Shown: one piece after another, positions 43,136 through 45,532 of the stretch
Numbering within the stretch: the stretch's first letter is position 1
How the letters are laid out: every line of letters begins with the position of its first letter
Virus record (IMG/VR): IMGVR_UViG_3300005805_000144
Coordinates: 1 to 45,532 of that record
DNA from: a virus
Lineage: Duplodnaviria; Caudoviricetes
Direction: 5' to 3' (one strand)
DNA: 45,532 bases
Program-made: the position numbers and the translations under genes
Notes under the pieces: model-generated
Database searches by the model: none
The model's input: only the letters and a program-made list of their open reading frames with translations
Told to the model about the DNA's origin: nothing

Positions 43136-45532
43136 ATGTCGAATATTTCAAAAGACTTTGTAACAAAAAATGGTATAGTTTTAAAAGGTACCAGTCTTGT
43201 TACCGGTCTTACATCACAAACCAATGCTCTACAGGTTGACAGCGGCGCAGCGATTGCAAAAAATTTAATTGTAGGTAGCACCACTACCATCTACGGGGTT
43301 GCTACAGTAGAAAACACTGCGGCTTCTACAAGCACAACAACAGGCGCATTGATAATTAAAGGCGGCGTTGGTATTGGCGGCGATCTTAATGTTGCTGGCA
43401 CAGTATTTGGTGTCATTACCGGTGTAATCAGTACGGCATCAAATGTTGCAGGTGGCACTGCTGGGCAGGGTTTATATCAAACTGGAGAAGGAGCAACTGG
43501 TTTCTTTGGTCCAGGTACTGCTGGTCAAATCCTTGTTAGCGCAGGCACCAGTGCTCCAACCTATACAAATACTTCAAGTATCTATGTAAACAGATCGGTA
43601 CTAGCAGACAATGACAGCGGTGGTGCAACAGGAGGATTGAGATATCAGACTGACGTTAACTCGAGTACATTCTTGTCAATTGGAACCGCCGGTCAGGTAC
43701 TAACAGTTAACAACGGTGCAACGGCACCCCAATGGAGCAATACCTCTACATTCTATGCTGGTTTTGCCAATCAATCAAATAACGTTCTCGGCGGTACAGC
43801 TGGTCAATTGGTATATCAGAGCACTACGGGCACAACAGCATTTGCAGGTCCGGGTACTGCTGGAGAGGTACTTACCTCAAATGGCACCAACGCACCAAGT
43901 TATGTAACAACAACATCGCTATATGTTGGTCGTGCATTGGTTGCAGATAGCGCAACTGGTGGAGCTGGTACTGCAAATAATATCAGCGGCGGCGCATTAG
44001 GTCAAATACCATACCAGTTAGGTCCAAGTAGTACAGCCTTTATTGGAACCGGTACTGAAGGAAGCCTATTACAAATGGGTGCGAACACAGCATCCTTTAT
44101 ATCAACCACAAGCGTACAGGTAGGGTTTGCTGAAAATCTTCTAGGAGGCGCAGCCGGTAGTTTACCATATCAATCAGCAGCCAATGACACAGCAATGTTG
44201 GCACTGTCTGGAACATTGGGTGCATTGCTCACCGCAGGTGCAAGTGCTCCTGCGTACATTACACAAGTCACTGCAAGAAACGGCACAGGAAATTTAACAA
44301 CCGCAAGCGGTCAAAGTTTAGTTGTGGGTAATGGCGGCTTTGGTGTAATTGGTGATAGTTATTTTGCAGACAACGTTTATATCAAAAAAGCACTTACAGT
44401 TGAAGGTGCAACAACATTTGAAGATACCGTAACATTTAACGGAACGGCAACCTTTGTTTTTAGCACCAATACTTTTTATACAGACAACATCATTAACATA
44501 CACACACCCCCCGGTGGCGTAGCAAATACTTGGACTAGCAATGACGGAAAAGACATTGGTTTGGTATTACATAATTTTCAAGACGGTTATGACAACAATT
44601 CATTTATTGGTTGGAAAAACAGTTCAGGTTATTTAGAATGGTGGGATAAAGGAACCCATAGCTCTGGTGGTGTGTTTACAGGCACAGAATATGGCATCTT
44701 TAAAACTGGCGGCATTCTTTTAGAAAATACTACCGGTGTACACGATGCTACCTCCGGAGCACTACAGGTCAAAGGTGGCGTTGGCATTGCAGGCGGATTA
44801 TTTGTTGGTGGAACATTAACAGCTACTTCATTTGCAGGAACATTAAGTGGAACTGCTGCTCTCGCCACTGATATTGCAGGAGGCACCGCTGGACAACTGT
44901 TATATCAAAATGCAGTAAATGACACAGCATTTGCTGGCCCAGGCACAGCTGGACAGATTTTACTTTCAAATGGCACTAGCGGTCCAGTTTACACAAATAC
45001 CTCCAGTGTCTATGTTAACAGCTCAGTAAACGCACAGACCTTATTTGGTGGAACTGCTGGTCAATTAGTTTATCAAAGCACCACAGGCACAACAGCATTT
45101 GCTGGACCTGGTACTGCTGGTGAGGTACTAACCTCAGGCGGAACTGGTGCACCAACGTATGTTTCTACCACCACACTATATGTAAATAGAGCAGTCATTG
45201 CAGATAGTGCAGCTGGTGGTAGCGGATCAGTAGCTACAGAAAGAAATGCAACCAATGCCACTTTCTTTGTAACCTTTGTTGACAGTAACAACGCAGCGGC
45301 AACACCAGAAACAGTTTATACTACAAGTACAGTGGCAGTAAATCCTGCTACGGGGGTCGTTCAAGCTCACACTTTCTTAGGTACCGCAACTACAGCAACC
45401 AATCTTGCTGCAGGTACAGCAGGCCAATTACCGTATCAGTCGGCACCAGGAGTAACAGCATTTGCAGGTCCGGGTACTGCTGGAGAGGTACTTACCTCAA
45501 ATGGCACCAACGCACCAAGTTATGTAACAACA
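43136..45532 (+). CDS. Long repetitive tail fibre protein, open at the right edge (not in the ORF track)
   Basis: GGAG SD at 43125-43128, ATG 43136 (MSNISKDFVTKNGIVLKG...), 799 codons with no stop. Repeated GGTAGQLxYQ...TAFAGPGTAG[QE][IV]L.S units. Confidence 0.88.
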   Translation, partial: MSNISKDFVTKNGIVLKGTSLVTGLTSQTNALQVDSGAAIAKNLIVGSTTTIYGVATVENTAASTSTTTGALIIKGGVGIGGDLNVAGTVFGVITGVISTASNVAGGTAGQGLYQTGEGATGFFGPGTAGQILVSAGTSAPTYTNTSSIYVNRSVLADNDSGGATGGLRYQTDVNSSTFLSIGTAGQVLTVNNGATAPQWSNTSTFYAGFANQSNNVLGGTAGQLVYQSTTGTTAFAGPGTAGEVLTSNGTNAPSYVTTTSLYVGRALVADSATGGAGTANNISGGALGQIPYQLGPSSTAFIGTGTEGSLLQMGANTASFISTTSVQVGFAENLLGGAAGSLPYQSAANDTAMLALSGTLGALLTAGASAPAYITQVTARNGTGNLTTASGQSLVVGNGGFGVIGDSYFADNVYIKKALTVEGATTFEDTVTFNGTATFVFSTNTFYTDNIINIHTPPGGVANTWTSNDGKDIGLVLHNFQDGYDNNSFIGWKNSSGYLEWWDKGTHSSGGVFTGTEYGIFKTGGILLENTTGVHDATSGALQVKGGVGIAGGLFVGGTLTATSFAGTLSGTAALATDIAGGTAGQLLYQNAVNDTAFAGPGTAGQILLSNGTSGPVYTNTSSVYVNSSVNAQTLFGGTAGQLVYQSTTGTTAFAGPGTAGEVLTSGGTGAPTYVSTTTLYVNRAVIADSAAGGSGSVATERNATNATFFVTFVDSNNAAATPETVYTTSTVAVNPATGVVQAHTFLGTATTATNLAAGTAGQLPYQSAPGVTAFAGPGTAGEVLTSNGTNAPSYVTT
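43834..45532 (+). repeat. Exact 79-bp direct repeat (43834-43912 and 45454-45532)
   Basis: AACAGCATTTGCAGGTCCGGGTACTGC...TTATGTAACAACA occurs twice, 1620 bp (540 codons) apart; the second copy ends the window. Confidence 0.95.

Noticed and set aside
1871-45291. Numerous short antisense or alternate-frame ORFs in the track (e.g. 13575-13991, 27184-27636, 28721-29317, 42332-42748)
   Set aside because: They lie within well-supported genes, mirror their codon bias, and lack SD sites, promoters or recognisable motifs.
43834-45532. Diversity-generating retroelement template/variable repeat pair, or terminal repeats
   Set aside because: The copies are identical and in frame with no adenine-specific mismatches, there is no reverse transcriptase, and they do not match the left end.
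1-45532. Stop-codon reassignment
   Set aside because: Core genes are full length in the standard code, and TAA, TAG (e.g. 20362-20364) and TGA (e.g. 42269-42271) all end genes at sensible positions.

Overview
A fragment of a large, AT-rich, T4-related (myovirus-type) phage genome covering virion structure and late functions. Left, minus strand: a baseplate module (very large structural protein, gp6, gp25, gp5-like spike with a C-terminal lambda-type muramidase, hub protein, gp53-like, gp48/54-like). Next, plus strand: gp55-like late sigma factor, gp47/gp46 (Mre11/Rad50), two Hc1-like basic proteins and a short GIY-YIG protein. About 420 nt of densely structured non-coding sequence follows. 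Then a minus-strand chaperone pair apparently joined by a -1 frameshift, the tape measure gene, the head module (portal, core proteins, gp21, gp22, gp23) and a run of fibre/appendage genes, the last one open at the right edge and missing from the ORF track. TAAATA late promoters precede most structural units. The strongest leads are: (1) a candidate large pseudoknotted ncRNA starting at the stop codon of the GIY-YIG gene; (2) a 2160-aa virion protein with seven C-x-R-D helical repeats resembling phycobiliprotein bilin-binding subunits; (3) a lambda G/GT-like programmed -1 frameshift in a T4-type phage; (4) a probably capsid-packaged HExxH metallopeptidase. The first ~250 bp look like unrelated bacterial DNA, probably a chimeric join. 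All family assignments come from motif recognition by eye; no searches were run.
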